From NCBI RefSeq assembly GCF_001194135.2, contig NC_068993.1:42403161-42467160 (forward strand): 64,000 bases of DNA. Direction: 5' to 3'. The notes beneath the pieces were generated by a model. That model did not search any database. It was not told the origin of the DNA and worked only from the letters and a program-made list of their open reading frames with translations. The first letter of the stretch is position 1. Every line of letters starts with the position of its first letter. The position numbers and the translations under genes were made by a program. Shown here one piece after another: positions 39,904-52,659 of the stretch. The stretch comes from Octopus bimaculoides (Eukaryota).

Positions 39904-42900
39904 TTTAGTTGGATGTGTGCTCACATGTTTATAAGTAGCAGAAGCACTGTCAAACATGAGCGATCAGTATTTTATATTGAGCCTTCGTTGGGAGTTGTAT
40001 AGATTTAACAAGTAGCAAACAATGAACGCCGAAATTATGTAGATTTTGAGAGTAGGTGTTGGGTATGCAGCCTTGTTTACATTATTCATATGGTATCACC
40101 AGGAAAAGTTATCGGTAATTGCAAGGGCTTAATTTTGACCGTTTCTAGCAGCTTTGTGATTTTTTTTTCAATGTTTTGTTCCAAATCAGAGAGAATAATA
40201 ACAAGCTATCAGGTTTTCATAATCTTATCTCATTGTCTATTATGCCTGCACATGATCCACGTATTGTTAACTTATATGTTCTGCGGACGTAAGTTTAGAG
40301 AGTATAAAATGTGATGGCCTTCCATTCAGAATGAGTCTTCTGAGATCTGACCCTAAGCAAATAATTAACATAGAGAACGAACTGTGAGGACACCGACACT
40401 TACTGCGCTCTTGTGGTGAAAGACTAGGGATCAGAAACTCTCCTGGCAACACACATGAGATGGTGTAGTCGATCTTACTGGAAATGCTCGATCTAGGAGA
40501 AGAGATATTGATGAAGCGCATAATCGAGAAAATCAGCCAAAAATAGTCGTGTGAGGTGTTTTGCCGATGTTATGTCCAACGTCATTGCTTTCACAGGACT
40601 TCCCAAGGACATGGAATCAACAAGTATTGAAACAAGGGAACCGGTTCTAAGTTTTATATAAATTACACTGATGGTCAGCAAAGGAGTAGAAGGATCTAAA
40701 CGTGTTAGATAATGATATTGTTAATGAATGTTTCCTTCACTTATGTGATAAAGAAAGTAAGAGTGATAAATTGTTCTTGGCGGCTTCCATGGATGTTGCT
40801 CATCTTGGTGATGGAGCGCACATGCTTCCAGTCTGTGAGACGGATTCCTCTAGAAGAAGCGTCCGGCGATGACTAAGCTCCGTTTAAATGTCACGAAAGA
40901 GACATTACCTGAACTGTTGTCTTCGCCTGTGTGAAATAACCGGGGGTGTTTCTTTACTTGCCTTACAAGTATTTCAGTTGGTGAGATTGATTAGATAACA
41001 AAAGGGTGTTTGGAATGATTTTGACAACCAAGTGTGCATGTGCGTGTGCGTATGAGTGAAGGTGTGTGTGTGTGTGTGTACGTGCGTGTGTGTGTGAGAG
41101 CGCGCGCATGTGTGTATGTTGTAAAATAACATGTAAAGAGCGCAATGTGGATCTGCGAGATATTCTAGATACAGAGCTATTTTGGTAAGCAATTTTGCTG
41201 AGCAGGGCCTTATCCGAAAATTTAAAGACGTTCTATAGACGACAACCTTGATAGAACTGCTATATGTAATGAGAAGGAACATCTTGCAGAATATATCATG
41301 TGTAAAAGTGTTCTGCTATATACATTTTCGAGTAGCTTTACAAAATTTGTGTTAGACCCGTCTAAGCCTTCCTTGCACAGTTATGGTGCTACTGATCGTG
41401 AAACAAACCTGATGAGTGGTTTGAAGGATTCCAGGCAATGATTATGCGGAATGTCGCGGAAAAGTAGTGAGAATACAATTTGATATTATAGGTAACAGCA
41501 GATAGGTCGTTGGCATGTGAAGAAAAATGCCTAAAGAAATAGTTTCAGTCTGAAATGTTGTACTTTCTAAAGGGTCATTGAGTTTGAAGATGTTCACTGC
41601 CAGAGAAACAGATCGTGTACAACTTAGAATACGGGTAAGTTATCTAATTTTAAATGTCATAGGTTTTGTGCAGTGTGTGTTTCTCTTTTACTGGGTAAAC
41701 ATAATTACATATTTGGAACTAAATGTTCGTGATGTAGACCTTACAGCTGATAGTACTTCAGATTACATACGGCTCGTTTTCTTTGAGATTGTTAATGAGT
41801 ACGGTTGACCATAAGGGCAATAGAATGAATTTTTAGGTGCAGTAATATAAACAGTCTATCCTATATATGGTAAAAATATATAGTGAAAATACATATTTCT
41901 AATATACATTTGTATTGAATAATCTATCGTTTTCAACCACATTATAAACAATAACAGTTTACATAGACACACAGACTCATTTTACACACATATATGAATG
42001 AATGAATGAATGAATATGTAACTGTGTGTATGTGTGCGCGTGTGTGCGTGTGCGTGCGTGTATGGGAGTAAATTTGCTCACATATGTATCTAAACATATG
42101 AAAGGATACATGTATCTATGAACCCATACTTGTGGGTATTTTCATATGTATACTTGTGTACATTATGAATGTACGTATGTATGTATCTATTTATGTATGT
42201 ATATATATTGATATGTAGGTATGTATGTCTTCACTTATGTATATATATATAGATATGTAGGTAGGTATATATTATTTATGTATATGTGGATATAGATATC
42301 TAGGTATGTATGTACATTTTAGTTCAACAGCAACTAGGTAAGTTTTGAAATATTTCCAAATAGCCATTTACATTGCATGCTCAGTTTTGTTTTCCTTCTA
42401 ACAAATCAATAATTTTCGGGTCGATATTGAGGTATCCGTAGTATTAGAAGAAAGAGGGCGGGGTTATCGAGGTTACTGAATTTTATTATATCTTGCAGTG
42501 TGTGAAAGAAAATAATATAAGTTTACATAAAATACGATATATGCATATGTTAGAAATTGTTTATCGTTTCTCGTTTAATGGGATAGGTATATAATATCTA
42601 TGAATATGCTTTGTATACTGTGCATGATGAATATAAATTTCACAGTGGTACGAGAATATATTAAAACTGAGAATTTTCTGCGTCCGTCCTTTAGTACATC
42701 ACCAGCTACCCGAATTATAAAAATTCACGCTATTGACCAACTTAAACAATTATTCTTAGCTGGTGTGTTGTAATTATGCAAACTATACAGGCTAAAGTTC
42801 TTCCTATCTATTTTTCTACTTGTTAAAATCTCTATACTCTTCTCAGGAAGAATGTGATTTGTTTATAAGGGCTAATAAGATAGAAACCCCGACCATAGCT

Positions 42901-43956
42901 GTCACCATACCTTCTAACAAACATTAGACACCCCACCTCCAATCATGGATACATTGCATATATGATCACAAAAAAGACGTTTGTATATGTGTGCTGTTGG
43001 GCTTCTAATAAGGTTCAATGCTCTAAATATTTTTTCTTCCTGAATACGTGTTGCTGGAATTGGAGAGCGTATTGTAAGCACGTACGACTTTGATACCATA
43101 AATACGGTAGTTTTCCATGAGATTACCTCCCCTTTTGACTAAAGTTTGCCACCATCTGACGTCTGATTTATGCTTTCTCTTTATAAATAAAGGCAATTTT
43201 CAAATCATTATGGCAGTTTTGTGTACATGATTTTGTACATCACCATCTATGCGATTTAACTTTATGAAAGTGTCCCACTTAATACATTTGCTTCAGCACA
43301 CATTTTTAATTATAAAAATATACATTCAGAGGCTGTCGTTATTTGATGCCGGCATATGATAGACCCGATTAAAACGTGATATAGAAGGAAATATGTACGA
43401 GGAATTAGTATAATTACATGTCTTAATTGATTGAACTGTTAACTAATTAGCACGTGTCTTTTCTGTAAATATATAGTTGTTAGGAATATGCATCAAAATT
43501 TTTAAATTATTTGATATTCTGAAATTTAATACATAGCTTTCAATGGATGAAAAGTAACATAGTCAAGAATTATGATATATTACTATTAAAATATAAACTA
43601 TCACACAAAGAAAAACTATACAGAGATAAAAAGTTGAGATTAAAGGAATTCACTACTAAAAGAGCTAGAAATGTAAACAGAAAAGATGGCCGTGTGAAAT
43701 GTAAACTCAGTAAAATTAATAACCAATGTGTGTGCGTTACTTCTCTATTTTACATTATCAAAAGCGAAGATATCTGTTAACTCAAACATCAAGAATATAC
43801 ATGTGTCTACATATATATATATATATATATATATATACGAATGTATATGTATGTATGTGTATTTATACACACACACATACTAACTTATACAGTTTGATTG
43901 CATTACAAACAACTCTACGAGCTAAGTTTAATAAAATTAAAAAATATTATAATAGT

Positions 43957-43957
<1 letters not shown>

Positions 43958-44016
<59 letters not shown>
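43958..44016. repeat. (GATA)n microsatellite; similar tracts at 24747-24797 and 54655-54960 (with GGTA)
   Basis: Direct inspection. Confidence 0.95.
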
Positions 44017-44409
44017 ATACACATGCACGTGTTACTGCTAACTGATTATAGGAATACGAGTGCGCCAGTGTATATGTGCATATGCATATAAATATATATG
44101 CGTACACATATAAGTCAAAGTGAATGACGAAAATAACAACACGGGAGAGAAAGGGAACAGAAGACAGATCTATTTTAATGTTGTTAATGTTTTGTTCTAT
44201 GACTCATCTTCAGAAAGGTAATAAAAGGAGAGAAAAGCTACAAGAATAAAGTAAAATGGGGTAACTAGAAAATATGAGACGGTCGGTGTCATGGTCTGTT
44301 AAAACTTGTGCAGATCGAATGACTAAAAGTGACAGAGAAGAAAAGAGATTTCATATGTAAAAAGGACAGCAGAAGGAAACTGCGTAAATCATGTATGTGT
44401 CCATTCGCT

Positions 44410-44468
<59 letters not shown>

Positions 44469-44532
44469 GTAAGGCGTCTAAAATTCCATAAGTCTGGAAA
44501 AAGATGCACTTGCATATGTGTCAATAGAGTGG

Positions 44533-44786
44533 GTATATCATCCGAAGTCTACAGTATTATATATCCATTACGCCCGATCTTACCATTCGGTTTCGCGCCA
44601 GTGGTACAACGGAGTGTTAGGTAACCGTCTGATTATATAACCCTGCGCTCATCAGAGGTAACCGATATTGGCATAGGGTTATATATTCGGATCGTTACCT
44701 AACACTGTATTTGTACCCCAGCGGGAATCCAATTGCCGAGATCCGCCGTGATAGATATGTAATATTATACACTTCGGATAATGCAC
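44533..44786. mobile_element. ~254-bp imperfect palindrome centred on ggtaacc (~44660); two head-to-head copies of a hammerhead-bearing unit
   Basis: Outer 33 bp match 26/33 (gtatatcatccgaagtctacagtattatatatc versus reverse complement of 44754-44786); collinear similarity continues inward to the centre. Confidence 0.85.
44577..44659 (-). ncRNA. Type I hammerhead ribozyme motif
   Basis: Minus strand: ACCU-CUGAUGA-GCGC-(46 nt)-GCGC-GAAA-CC-GAAU-GG-UA^-AGAU. All core nucleotides are present and stems II and III pair; stem I pairs only 3 of 4. Confidence 0.7.
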
Positions 44787-44789
44787 ACG

Positions 44790-44884
<95 letters not shown>

Positions 44885-45272
44885 GTGTGTGTGTGTGTTT
44901 GGGTTTGTTTGTGGGCGGGGGCTTTGCTTGTGTGAATGCTTGTGAATCCGAGAGGGACAGAAAGTGGTAAACTCGAAATTATTTGATGAAATCATAGTAA
45001 AATAACGGAAAGATAGTATTAGTAAATGAAAGTAGAATATAATAATGAATTGGGTGTTTAAAAGCTTGTGCTTCCCACTGTCGATAGTCTGAAGACAATT
45101 ATATTTTAACAATTTTTAAATATCATAACCAACACCGATTAGTGAACACGGAATAACCAAGATATATTATAACATATATTTAAATCTATTTTTTCAGAAT
45201 AAAAAGTTTTGAATGGTACAAAAATGCACTATAATACAAAAAATGGACTATATACCTGTTGTAATTTAGTTA

Positions 45273-45327
45273 TTCATCCGATGATATTTCGGAATACAAT
45301 TCCTTCTTCAGATATTCTTAGATGGAG
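45273..45327 (-). ncRNA. Degenerate hammerhead-like motif of Penelope pLTR type
   Basis: Minus strand CUGAAGA-A-GGAAU-UGU-AUUCC-GAAA-U-AUC-A-UC; stem II is perfect, stems I and III are weak. Confidence 0.45.
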
Positions 45328-45549
45328 TCTCTGCTATAAACTATTTTTTCATTTCATATAGATTTATTTAGTTTAGTGTATATAGCTACTTTCTACATTT
45401 CTAGTTAAGTAATTCGAACTTAATCGAGATTTGCACATATTAAAATATATAACGTTGCAGTTTTTATATTTAAAAACAAAGTTTGTATAGGAATTTGAAA
45501 GATTGATTCGGTGTCTATATCTCAAGAAGAGGAACGACACAGAAACACA

Positions 45550-46075
45550 TGCGTCCTACAGTCTGATAGCATCATTCATATTCCAATGATATGTTCTAAC
45601 ACATATTGCCTATGCGGAGAATTTTCTCCTGAGGCTATTTCGGCAGTGAAAAGTATCACTGCGTCCGAGTATACATGATCTCGTTAAATGTGATTGTACA
45701 TCTACATTTTTTTACAACGCAGCTTCGCGCGCCTCCAGCTGATTAATTCTAGCTCGACTACACATATGCACTTTAGCGAACGTGATATTTACTGATGTTA
45801 TAGTTATATATAAGAGCGATTCTTCTTAGAAGGCTAGGAAACTAAATGATTCTGTTTCAGAAATGCTGCGACCCATTGTCCGATGATGGCATTCGTAGCC
45901 AAATAATATATTTTTAACCATATTGCCTGTGAAGAAATTTTTCTACTGCAACTATTTCTGCACTGAAGCATCTTCCCACGTCCAAATGTACAGGAACGCG
46001 TTAAATATAATTGTACACATATTTCGTTCAACGCTGCTTCATGTGCCTCCAGTTAATCTTAATTCAAATTGTTTT
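45550..46075. repeat. Ancient tandem duplication, ~205-bp similarity at ~315-bp offset
   Basis: catattgcct, ctatttc, cgttaaat..attgtaca and caacgc.gcttc..g.gcctccag recur at 45550-45760 and 45868-46075. Confidence 0.75.
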
Positions 46076-46475
46076 CAGCTATAATTTCATTGATACCTTT
46101 AGTAGTATTCTGCAAAAGAAAGTACATTCTTGTGGCACTTTGAGAATTATATGTAATTTATTGCTCCCAGCATATATATTAAGCCTCAAGCTGTTGGTGT
46201 ACTTTGCTATAGATTGTATATGAACAAAGAGATGTGATTTGAATTCACAGACATTTTAACTTACTATTTACACCTCGTGTGTTACGGATTCCAATTCGTG
46301 AGTGTATATAAGTTAGTTTTATTCAATTATCTTTTGTTTGCCCTGCAGTCCAAGGAAATTTAGCTTGTGATTTTAATATACGCCTGGTTACCAAAAGGAC
46401 GTGCGTGTTCCGAGTATATAATATATCTTTAGTTCCACATACTTGCCTAAGGTTGTTTTTATCCAGACACAATAC

Positions 46476-46510
<35 letters not shown>

Positions 46511-47034
46511 NNNNNNNNNNNNNNNNNNNNNNNNNNNNNNNNNNNNNNNNNNNNNNNNNNNNNNNNNNNNNNNNNNNNNNNNNNNNNNNNNNNNNNNNNN
46601 NNNNNNNNNNNNNNNNNNNNNNNNNNNNNNNNNNNNNNNNNNNNNNNNNNNNNNNNNNNNNNNNNNNNNNNNNNNNNNNNNNNNNNNNNNNNNNNNNNNN
46701 NNNNNNNNNNNNNNNNNNNNNNNNNNNNNNNNNNNNNNNNNNNNNNNNNNNNNNNNNNNNNNNNNNNNNNNNNNNNNNNNNNNNNNNNNNNNNNNNNNNN
46801 NNNNNNNNNNNNNNNNNNNNNNNNNNNNNNNTATATATATATATATATTACGGAGATGTACTTGCATAGCAAGTGACCTGATCTGAGATCGTGTGCTGGA
46901 ACGAAAACAATTGCGGTGTGGAAAGTGTTTATTAGTCATGTAGGAAACACACAAAAACCGTTAGATTCACTTCAGCATTTAAATTTAATTTGCCAAAATA
47001 TTTTCGTCGCTTTGAAACCGCGACCTGTTCACTG

Positions 47035-47063
47035 ACAAAATTCCGTGCTGCACGGAATTTTGT
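47035..47063. repeat. Perfect 29-bp palindrome acaaaattccgtgc-t-gcacggaattttgt
   Basis: 14-bp arms, 1-nt centre. Confidence 0.95.
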
Positions 47064-47139
47064 ATGGACTCGTACAAAGTTTGAATTGTTTCCAAATGAA
47101 TTTTTGTCCATTCGACAGCTAAAACAGTCCTCAGTTCTT

Positions 47140-47255
47140 GTAGTCATGATGGTGGAGGATGTCGACTTGCTTTTCTAAAATGCACCATAAATGTTCAATA
47201 ATATTCAGATCTGAGGACTCTGATAGTCAGATGAGATGTCCAACTTCACCAGAAT
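47140..47255 (-). mobile_element. Second copy (fragment) of the DD36E Tc1 family
   Basis: ctaaaatgcaccataaatgttcaataatattcagat is identical to 32038-32073; translates HSGEVGHLI*LSESSDLNIIEHLWCILEKQ. Confidence 0.85.
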
Positions 47256-47660
47256 GTGGCCGTGGGGTAAAAAGCTTGCTTCCCAACCACATGGTTCAGA
47301 GTTCAGTCCCGCTGCGTGGCAACTTGTGCAAGTGTCTTCTACTATAGCTTCGGGCCGACCAGAACCTTGTGAGTGGGTTTGGTAGACGAAAACTGAAAGA
47401 AGCCCATCGTACATACGTATATATATGTGTGTGTGTTTGTGTCTATGTTTGTCCCCCTCCCCTCAAAGGCCATATCTTCACAACTGATGTTGGTGTGTCT
47501 ACGTCCCCGTAACTTAGCGGATCGGCAGAAGAGAGCTATAGAATAAGCACCGGCTTTAATAGAATACGTCCAGGAGTCGTTTTCTTCAACTAAAAGGCGG
47601 TACTCCAGGATGGCCACAATCAGTTGACTGAAACAAGTAAAAGAACGAAAGAAAGAAAAA
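47256..47660 (+). mobile_element. SINE family B, near full length, with internal TA/GT microsatellite
   Basis: gtggccgtggggtaaaaagcttgcttcccaaccacatggttcagagttcagtccc...gaaactgaaagaagccc...ccaggatggccacaatcagttgactgaaacaagtaaaaga. Confidence 0.85.
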
Positions 47661-48156
47661 GAATATATATATATATATATATATATAAACATATATGTAA
47701 ATGTTCATATATAAATATATAAGCAGACATGCATGTGCATATATATTTGCGTGTGTATATTATATGCATATGAGTGCTATTGTGTCTGTGCGTGTGTCTG
47801 TCTATGCTTGTGAGTGTGTGTATGTGTGTGTGTATGTGTGCATGTGTGTATGTGCGCACGTGTATGGATGTGTATGTGTGCACAAGATAGAAATGATTAT
47901 ATTCCCATCAGTGGATTCGTTGTTGTTTTGCTATCACCATTTGGGGGTTTACATCTATTTATGATATCTGATATTGCATTCAAGCTCAAAATTTGATATC
48001 ATTAGTCAAGATTGAACATGCATGTGATACTGTATAAATGTGGTTACGTATAAGCGCCGATGTATTACGTATGTAGAAATACATTGAAGCATTCATACAT
48101 ACATATATGTGTTTTTATACATATCACATATATGTTTATATAGCTACGTACGTATA

Positions 48157-48210
<54 letters not shown>

Positions 48211-48247
48211 TACAATATATATATAATATTATGTATGTATATATATG

Positions 48248-48278
<31 letters not shown>

Positions 48279-49201
48279 TTGTATGTATAAATATTTATAT
48301 ATAAATATATATATATACAAACAAATCACACACACACATTTAAATATATATATACATACGTAAATAACCTGTTATCTTTTAAGGTCATCAGTCGATTTCG
48401 GTGTTTATGTATTAAATACATTTTCGAACATATGCATATAAATCAACCGACAAGAAAAAACTTATGGACGAATGCTTTATCATACAAAGATATAATTCCC
48501 ATACAAAGTAAATCCTCGCCTACGGCATTTTAATATATTTGTTCTTTGACTATGTTAGATAAATTTCACCAATCTGTTATTTCATAGTCCCACACAAGTA
48601 AATCCCCATATACGTGATTTTTAATATGCGCTATTTGAGTAATAACGATAAAATTTTATCAACAATACGTAGTTACTTTAAGCTTTTTGTCGCTATCTGG
48701 ACAAAGCTAGTTAATGCATTTCTACTTAAGTCTTGTTTAAAAATTTCTACTTGAATTTCTCATGCATTTGCAATATTTAATACGCATTGATATCTGTTTG
48801 ATGGCATTTTCATTTCAAATTCTGAATAGATTTTACAAGGTCACCTATTTTAAACGCTAGGTTAGAATAAGCTCTGTTTTTCGGATCTGGTTGGTATCTT
48901 ATCTCTACCATTTAGGATGCCACGTTCCATTCATTCCTCTATCCATTTCTCGGAACTTGTGATGCATCCAATTCACCCATTTTTCCAGCACTACTCATTC
49001 TGTCCACAACTTGAAACCATTGTTAGTGTCTTTTATGCATGGGTTGAACTCTAAAAGCGTAAATAAAACGTTAACGGCCTCAATCATACTTGTCCCGCAT
49101 GGCCTGTATATTATTTTCTCTAGAACTTTCTCCAAATTCGACAATCGACGAGTAAATAAGCTCTCTATAGAATTATGTCTGTATATATACATATACATAT
49201 A

Positions 49202-50427
49202 CACAAACATGCTGGAAGTAAATAGACACCTTTAATTTTCAAAATTTATGATCTAAGCGACTTAATATGTTTTCAGCGGCTAAAATTTACAATGTAATTA
49301 TTCTTTTTCATTCCAGGTGCCATTATATTAAACATTTGCGAAGAGTAACCATGCCACGCACAAAAAATTCAGCAAAACTGTCAGATTTTCAAAGAGGTCG
49401 TATTGCTGGGCAATCTGAGGCTGGTCTTAGCCAGCCAAAAATTGCCGAAAAATCTTCAAATTACTCTTGCTACTGTTAATAGAATTATAGTGCAATTCAA
49501 AACCCAAGGAAAAGAATCAACAGATTCTCATTCTGGCTGACTGGTACCCTGGGAAAGGAAGCTTGGTTGTTTGAAGAGAATTGTGGAAAACGAACCCCGT
49601 TCGAAGGCTTCTGACATTGCAAAACAGCTAGAAGTTAGTCCAAGAATTTGGGTATTATGGACGAGCAGCTAGAAGAAAACCTCTCCTTCAACCAATTAAT
49701 ATCATGAAAAGAAGGGAATGAGCTAAGGAGATGTCAGAAATATACAGTTCATTTTGGGATAGAGTGATTTTCTCAGATTAATCCAGAATTGTGGACGTGT
49801 TTGGATTTGGAGGCTTCTCAACCAAGAATTTGATTTGAAACAACTCCAACCAACTGTGAAACATGGCGGTGTCTCTGTAATGGTATGGGTAGCTGTCACC
49901 AGCAATGGTCATTCTGAGCTAATCGAATGTGTTGGAACCATAAAGTCTGAAAAACACGTCGAAATACTTAAGCAAGGACTATTTCCGATGTATTCACTCG
50001 ATAACATAACGAAACATTAGTTTTTCTTCATGGAAGGGGGCTCCATGCCACACAGCGAAAAGGAATCAGCAATGACTGACCAAAAATGGGATCAAAACGC
50101 TTCCTTGGCCGAGCCAATTTCCTGACATGAACCCAATTGAAAATCTTTGGAGCATACTAGATAAAGCTATACGAAAAACTCGACAGAAACCTAAATCTAA
50201 AGATGAATTGATTCGATTGTTGCATGAAAAGTGGACAGAAATTCCTCAAGGGACGATCACAAAGCTCATCAGTTCAATGCCAAAAAGTGTTTCTGGATTA
50301 AAAACGGCAAAGGCAATGTCAACTGAATACTAAAGCATGTAGTCCTACCTATCGATTACATTTCACTTGTTTGCTTTGCGTATTAAATGGAATATTTTGA
50401 AAATTGAAGGTGTCTACTTATTTCCTG

Positions 50428-50430
<3 letters not shown>
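49202..50430 (+). mobile_element. Near full-length defective Tc1 transposon (DD34E)
   Basis: TIRs atgctggaagtaaatagacacctttaattttcaaaat versus reverse complement atgcaggaaataagtagacaccttcaattttcaaaat. Confidence 0.92.
49351..50333 (+). pseudogene. Tc1 transposase pseudogene
   Basis: MPRTKNSAKLSDFQRGRI...AARRKPLL...VIFSD*S...LQPTVKHGGVSVMVW...GAPCHTA...WPSQFPDMNPIENLW...EY*; several stops and frameshifts, D-34-E spacing. Confidence 0.9.
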
Positions 50431-50493
<63 letters not shown>

Positions 50494-50665
50494 ATATATA
50501 TGTATATATATATGNNNNNNNNNNNNNNNNNNNNNNNNNNNNNNNNNNNNNNNNNNNNNNNNNNNNNNNNNNNNNNNNNNNNNNNNNNNNNNNNNNNNNN
50601 NNNNNNNNNNNNNNNNNNNNNNNNNNNNNNNNNNNNNNNNNNNNNNNNNNNNNNNNNNNNNNNNN

Positions 50666-50703
<38 letters not shown>

Positions 50704-51616
50704 GAGAGAGAGAGAGGGAGAGAGAGAGAGAGAAAGAGAGAAAGTGAGCGATAAATAGATAGATAGATAGATAGATAGCCGGATATATACATATATATAG
50801 TTATACATGTATGTATGCATGTATGTAGGTATGTATGTATGTAAGTGCATATGCATATACATATATACGTATTTATATATATATATTATATACATATAAA
50901 AAAATATATATACACATATATCCATCTATATACATATATATACATGTATATACATAAACATACATTTATGTGCATACTTTTACATACACATACACATGCA
51001 AGTACACCCACGCTGATAAAATTGAACACATTTTAAGTTAAATATGCTGAAACTGATATTCGTTTAACACATCAACGTAACATACATGCCCCATATTTGT
51101 TTTACTGCAGCACATAAAATATTGCCAGACAAGATTCTGATCAGAGTTCATTTACCAAATGTGGAATATTTTTCCACTATTCGCTGTAGCATACATTCCA
51201 CACATATATAATATTATTATTTCGAATGACATGACATATATATAAATTTCTTTAGGTCAAACACATACATTGTAATATAATAATATGTTTTCCATAATGC
51301 ATCCACTGCATGTTTTCCCTATGGTAAATATATGTAAGATTCCATAAAATATACAGTACAATTATTATGATTTGGCTTTGGTTTTATTTGCGTCATTTCA
51401 TTGAAAGACACAAATCCGGATACATATTGACGACGTAAAGTTACGATTGAATGAGCGTATATATATTTATAAATGTATTCCGGCATGGCCGTAGTCCAAT
51501 GACTGAAACAAGACATGAAAGACAAAAGATAAAAGATGAATATATAAATATATTGGTATGTATGCGTAACTATGTATATTTGTGCATAAATATATATATA
51601 CGTGCGTATGGTATAT

Positions 51617-51655
<39 letters not shown>

Positions 51656-51689
51656 NNNNNNNNNNNNNNNNNNNNNNNNNNNNNNNNNN

Positions 51690-52048
51690 CCCAGTGGTTG
51701 GGGCAGCGGACTCGCGGTCATAGGATCGCGGTTTCCATTCCCAGACCTGGCATTGTGAGTGTTTATTGAGCGAAAACACCTAAAGCTCCACGAGGCTCCG
51801 GCAGGGGATGGTGGCGAACCCTGCTGTACTCTTTCACCACAACTTTTTGTTTCTGCTGTGCCTGTAATTCAAAGGATCAGTCGTATCACACTGTGTCACG
51901 CTGAATATCCCCGAGAACTACGTTAAGGGTACACGTGTGTGTGGAGTGCTCAGCCACTTGCACGTTAATTTCACGAGCAGGCAGCTCCGTTGATCTGATC
52001 AACTGGAACCCTCGACCTCGTAAGGGACGGAGTGCCAACAACAATAAC
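51690..52048 (+). mobile_element. tRNA-derived SINE family C, well preserved
   Basis: A-box-like cccagtggttggggcagcgg, B-box-like ggtttccattccc, body gagcgaaaacacctaaagctccacgagg..., 3' end gacggagtgccaacaacaa. Confidence 0.85.
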
Positions 52049-52071
52049 AGGTATAAATAAATGTATGCGTA

Positions 52072-52166
<95 letters not shown>

Positions 52167-52659
52167 ATGTTTCAAGCTTGTATGTATGTGTACATACATG
52201 AAACACAAACTATATTTGAGTTGTTCATACTCTAAGGGTTCGAATTTTGTTTAACCTACCTGAATAGTGATGACCATGACAACTCTCGGAGGTAAGTGGA
52301 CTTCGAGAGCATGTGTGTTAGTAGCTGTGTGTTAGTGCGTTCTTTTGTATAGGATGTCATATTTTTTGCTATAGTACTTGTTTTGATGAGGATGATTCAT
52401 GTAAATTTCTCAGCAGCAGCAAGAATCTCCCACAGCTCTCGATTACTGCTAATTTATTCAATGGAATACTTGTGTCACTTGCCCTATCCATTGATTGAAT
52501 GACTCTCACCTATCAACCAAGTTGTTATCGAGAAGGCATTTCGGACGGTAATTTCATCCTTTCTAAAAGAACAGAAAGAACCCTCTTATTGACAAAGCAG
52601 AAACGATAAGTATATGGAATCCCGCGAATCATTACTGGAAGATATAGAACATAAGTATT

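Noticed and set aside
40100-40950. Possible LINE endonuclease remnant (SKIDYT motif, minus strand)
   Set aside because: Single weak motif; family not assignable by eye.
44547-44590. gtctac...cgcccgatct resembling a 5S rRNA 5' end
   Set aside because: Only two short words match, and the sequence is explained as the arm of the palindromic hammerhead element.
48880-49200. Overlapping short ORFs upstream of the Tc1
   Set aside because: No recognisable motif in any frame.
51690-51760. tRNA gene
   Set aside because: A/B boxes are present, but there is no clean cloverleaf and the sequence runs into a SINE body.
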